In this document: piece by piece, positions 59,901 through 64,000 of the stretch
Layout: every line of letters starts with the position of its first letter
Numbering within the stretch: the first letter of the stretch is position 1
The notes under the pieces: model-generated
Seen by the model: only the letters and a program-made list of their open reading frames with translations
Database searches by the model: none
What the model was told of the DNA's origin: nothing
Position numbers and translations under genes: made by a program
Source: Felis catus
Taxonomy: Eukaryota
Direction: 5' to 3'
DNA: 64,000 nt
Assembly: GCF_018350175.1 (NCBI RefSeq)
Contig: NC_058368.1
Location: 195,426,001-195,490,000 of the forward strand

Positions 59901-62900
59901 CAGGCTGGAACTTGAGAGAGGACCCGCAGAAGGGAGTTAGTATTCCAAATCCAGTGGAGCAAGTCAAAAGGAGAAAAGGGAGTTCCAGGGGTAAGTTCAG
60001 TCTTGCCCTTGGCTCATGGAATCTGGGCATCCAGCTTCTAAACACTGAAGTAGGGGCTAAGTCCATCCAGGTCCAAGATGGGACTCTGGATTAAAAAAAA
60101 AAAAAAAAATCTACTTCAGCAAGATCAGAGGAAGAGGATGGGCTGGCTCTCCTGCTAGCAGGCTGTGTGGGCCTGGACCACTCGCTCCCTGGGCCTCAGT
60201 AACAAGGGGTAGAAGCCACTGATCTCAAGAGGCCTCCAGGTTCATGAGGGGCTACAGTCTGAGCAACTCTCCCAAGGGGGTCTCTGCCGGGCAAGGGAAA
60301 GTTCTGGAGCACTCCCCTGCAAACACACCAAGCACTAAGTCCACCTCCTTGCCAAGAAGAGTTCAGCAACAGGGAACACAACAAAAGGACACCAGCTCTG
60401 GATGTGCTAATAACTCCAGGACCCGGGGCAGGTCACACCTTCTGAGAGTCTCCCTTTCCCTGATCTGTAAGATGAGGCTAATCATCTTTTCTCCTACACA
60501 AGTGTTCAGAGGCTTTCATTTAATAGCTAATACGCATATACCCTGAAAAGTAAAGGAACTAAACCAAAAATAAATGCGAAGAGAACTGTAGGGGGAAGGG
60601 AAAGGGCTAAGAGAATCTGAGCTCAGTTTTTACAAAGTGCAATGGCCCAAATTTGTAACAGGTAAGGAAAGGGGAGGTCCGTCTTAATGGCCTTTGAAGA
60701 AGCCATGAAAAGCAGGCTGGGGGCAGAAGGAGCTCACTGGCTTTTTCCTTCCATGTCAGATGCACAGCATCAGGGAAAAGCCAGCATTCCGTGTAATGGT
60801 GAGAGGAGAGCAAGCATCGTGGCACCTGCCAAAGAGCCCTACACTCCACATTCAGCAGAAGGAGCATGGAAATGGCATTTGTGTGACTCTCATAGATTAT
60901 CTCTTGATAAACAGCTAAAGAAAATGCAATGATCGGGGTACCTGGGTGGCTCAGTCAGTTAAGCCTCTGACCTGCTCTAGTCATGATCTCACGGCTTGTG
61001 AGTTCAAGCCCCATGTCAGGCTCTGTGCTGACAACTCAGAGCCCGGAGCCTGCTTCAGATTTTGGTCTCCCTCTCTCTCTGCCCCTCCCCATGCTCATGC
61101 TTTCTCTCTCTCTCAAAAATAAATAAAACATTAGAAAAAGTTGAAAAAGAAAATGCAATGATCTAGCCTGGAGAAGACTTGGAAGGAGGTACAAGGGAAG
61201 ACAGGGCCTAAGAGCTGTCCACACATCCAGGGCTTCTGTCTGGGGCCACAGGAAAAGACTGACACTAACTGAACCATTAACAAGAGTTGACATGTACTGA
61301 GCAGGTCTTGTGCAAAGCACTCTATGTTATTAACACAGTAAATGCCCGTGTGAGAAGTAAGGGAGATGATTCATTTTCAGAAGTACCAAATAAAAGCTGT
61401 ATTGTCTAATTAACAACAGGTTTACAACCAACTGGAAAATGTATGAACCCCTCCCCCGCCACAGTGGAGTCCCAAACCCTCCGACACTTCACTTCCTGGT
61501 TCTTCCCCTCTCCGTTTCTTGGCTTTGCAATGAACATGCACCAAAGAACTGAAGTCTCTGCATCACCTCAAAGAATGTACATTTGTTCCAATCAGACTAC
61601 TTTTTGCCTTACATTGGCATAGGCCACTTGCGGTAAGGCTGTAACCTCTGTAGTGCTCAGCCAATGAGGAATCAGGGGAGGGACTTGCAGGCTAGGAGAT
61701 AAATTGCCTGCTGTAACCGCCCCGAGTGTGCCTCCCTGAGTGTGCCTCTCCATCAGACACCCGCTCTTGCAAGAACATTCATTAAAGCCTCGCTGCACTG
61801 TGCTCTGAGTCTCCACACACCTCCTTTGATTGAGTCAGTGAGTTTACTTCTCACAGTCCACAAGCAACCTATGAGGTAGCTGTGACTCAGCCAAGTCTAA
61901 GGGCAGTTATAGACACAGATTCCAAATCAGAAATTGTTTATTTTTTTTAACTGTTCAAATATTTTTTAGAGAGAGAGAAAAAAATCTCAAGAAGGCTCCA
62001 TACTCAGTGCAGAGCCTAAAGTGGGTCTCGATGCCATAACTGTGAGATCCAAGACCTGAGCCGCAATCAAGAGTCGGACACTCAACTGACTGAGCCACCC
62101 AGGCACCTGCAGAAACCTTTTAAAGAATCAAAGCAACACTGGTGCTAGAATATCTGCAAAAGGATAATCTGAAGGGCTTATCAGAATATGGAATAAAGGC
62201 ACCAATTCAAAGTAGTAAGAAGGATACAATGTATGGTATTTAAAAAGTCTTCATTGTTCTTTCAAAAAAAAAAAAAAGCTACAAATTAAAAAAAAAAAAA
62301 AGCATGTAAATAGCCACCCCAAAAATAGGCAACAGGCATGAACAAACTGGCTCTTCCCAGAGTAAACACAAAAGGCAAGAAAACTTATGAAAGACATTTA
62401 ACCTCATTAGGAATGACATAAAATACTGGAAAACATTTTCAGAAAATGCTCAGTATCAACAAATGTGTAGAAAAAGGCAAATCCCTTGCTGGTTAGGGAA
62501 TACATGGGCTCAAACATCTGAAGGCACTTGGGCACTATGTATCTAAAGACCTAAAAAAGTCTCTGTCTAGATAGTCAGAAAAGTACAGAAAGATACATTA
62601 CAAGGATAATTTCAGCAAAGGTGTTTATAGCAGCCAAAAAATAAACAAAAGCCAGACAAACAAAAAACCGCCCCGGAAACAAACTAAATGTCTGACAATA
62701 GATTTGTTAAGTATATCAGGACAGATCTACAATAGAATATTTCCGCCAAAAAAAAAAAAAAAAAAATGATGCCAAACACCATACAAAGAAGTATAGAGGG
62801 GCAACCTGTGTGGCTCAGTCGTTTAAGCACTTGACTTCGGCTCAGGTCACGATCTCAAGGTTCGGGGATTCAAGCCCCGCGTTGGGCTCTGGGCTGACAG

Positions 62901-63247
62901 CTCTGAGCCTGGAGCCTGCTTCAAATTCTGTAACTCCCTCTCTCTCTCCCCCCACCACCCCCCCCCCCCGCCCCGCTCAAGCTCTGTCTCTCTCTCTCAA
63001 ACATAAACATTAAAAGAAAATTAAAAAAGAAAGAAAGAAAGAAAGAAAGAAAGAACGAACATACAGTATGATGCCCCAAAAAGCAAGTTTAACAGCACAT
63101 GCCACAAAAACCCACTCGTGTGGGGAGGCTGGATGGCTCGGTTGGTTAAACATCCCACTCTTGGTCTTGGCTCAGGTCATGATATCACGGTTCATGGGTT
63201 GGAGCCCCATATTGGACTCTGCACTGACAGTGCAGGGGCTGCTTGGG

Positions 63248-63301
<54 letters not shown>

Positions 63302-64000
63302 CCTCCCTCCCCTGCTCACGCTCTCCCTCTCTCTCTCAAAATAAATAAACATTAACAAAAAAAACATTAGTATAAATGTACATATATTTACAACTGTAGA
63401 AAACATTCTGACAATATGTAAATAGCTAATAATGACTCTCATGAGGACTCAGATTACAGGAGGACATTTACAAGAAGCATTGCTTATTTTCATACATACC
63501 CATTCAAAATATGTGTGTGGGGACAGTTCCAGAGCCGAGCCTACCAAATGTTAAAAGTGCTTATCCCTGATCACTGGGTGGTGAGATTTCAGGCGAGTTA
63601 ATTTTACCCCTTTTGACCATGTGTATTTTCTAAAGGGACGACATAGTATTTACTAAGTGATATGTCTGTTTGTCCAAAACAAAATTGGCCAACTGTAGTT
63701 ATCAGACAGTCTATGAATGTCCACATCCTTTGCTGCTCTGGGATCCCAGTAGTGCACAATTACTCACCGTTGCCTGAGCATACATCCATCAGGACCCCTG
63801 CCAGCTGGCCCGTGGCACCTTCCCTCCACCCCCCCCCCCCCGCCCTGACCCCGCCGCCCACCCCCAAGCTCACCTTTTGAGGACTAGTGAGGGGGACTTC
63901 AGTCCGGGCCTCGAGGCTAACAGTCAAGTTCCCAGGAAAGGCAATGGGGTCAGGTTCCAGAGTCAGGCTTTTGATCACGGCAGGGTCCTTCCCCTCATCA
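56774..64000 (-). CDS. GM2A: GM2A (GM2 ganglioside activator protein), 3' part: complement(join(56774-56929,57314-57496,63874-64000)); exon 1 and the start of exon 2 lie beyond the window
   Basis: Spliced translation [28 protein letters not shown]...[34 protein letters not shown]...[18 protein letters not shown]...[13 protein letters not shown] has the GM2A cysteine pattern. Confidence 0.97.
57314..57496 (-). CDS. GM2A: GM2A exon 3, 183 bp
   Basis: cgccag|GTGGAG...AAAGCG|gtacgt on the minus strand; encodes [11 protein letters not shown]...CHCPFKA. Confidence 0.96.
60935..61148 (+). mobile_element. CanSINE in GM2A intron 2
   Basis: TSD aagaaaatgcaatgatc. Confidence 0.92.
61349..61855 (+). 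mobile_element. Solo ERV LTR (probably ERVL class) in GM2A intron 2, antisense to GM2A
   Basis: Perfect 12-bp terminal inverted repeats TGTGAGAAGTAA...TTACTTCTCACA; internal CCAAT (61661), GATAAA (61698) and ATTAAA (61781); degenerate 5-bp flanks gcccg/gtcca. Confidence 0.8.
61935..62107 (-). mobile_element. CanSINE
   Basis: Antisense head ...tgagccacccaggcacc. Confidence 0.85.
62797..63060 (+). mobile_element. CanSINE with (GAAA)n tail
   Basis: Head, C-rich middle, A-tail. Confidence 0.85.
63122..63365 (+). mobile_element. CanSINE with long (CT)n
   Basis: Head, (CT)n at about 63253-63296, A-tail. Confidence 0.85.
63874..64000 (-). CDS. GM2A: GM2A exon 2 (5'-truncated by window edge)
   Basis: Encodes [42 protein letters not shown], then donor gtgagc; N-glycosylation sequon NLT present. 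Confidence 0.95.

Overview
Mammalian genomic DNA, almost certainly a felid: it has about 30 carnivore tRNA-derived CanSINEs, several of the young cat SINEC_Fc type. The window covers part of the SLC36A2-SLC36A3-GM2A cluster. On +: the last five coding exons of SLC36A2 (PAT2, 2958-15144) and a complete 10-exon SLC36A3 (PAT3, 21393-45984, 468 aa, intact frame). On -: exons 2 (partial) to 4 and the 3' UTR of GM2A (GM2 activator, 64000 to about 55260). SLC36A3 intron 4 contains an antisense, disabled RABEPK processed pseudogene with a target-site duplication. The rest is SINE/LINE/LTR/DNA-transposon remnants and microsatellites. Gene and repeat names come from recognition of translated or consensus sequence, not from a database search, and repeat boundaries are approximate. 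I found no convincing new biological system. The best leads are the retrocopy, strong competing splice donors and an L>P change in SLC36A3, a possible gene-conversion tract between the paralogs, and an unexplained diverged duplicate of about 170 bp between SLC36A3 and GM2A.
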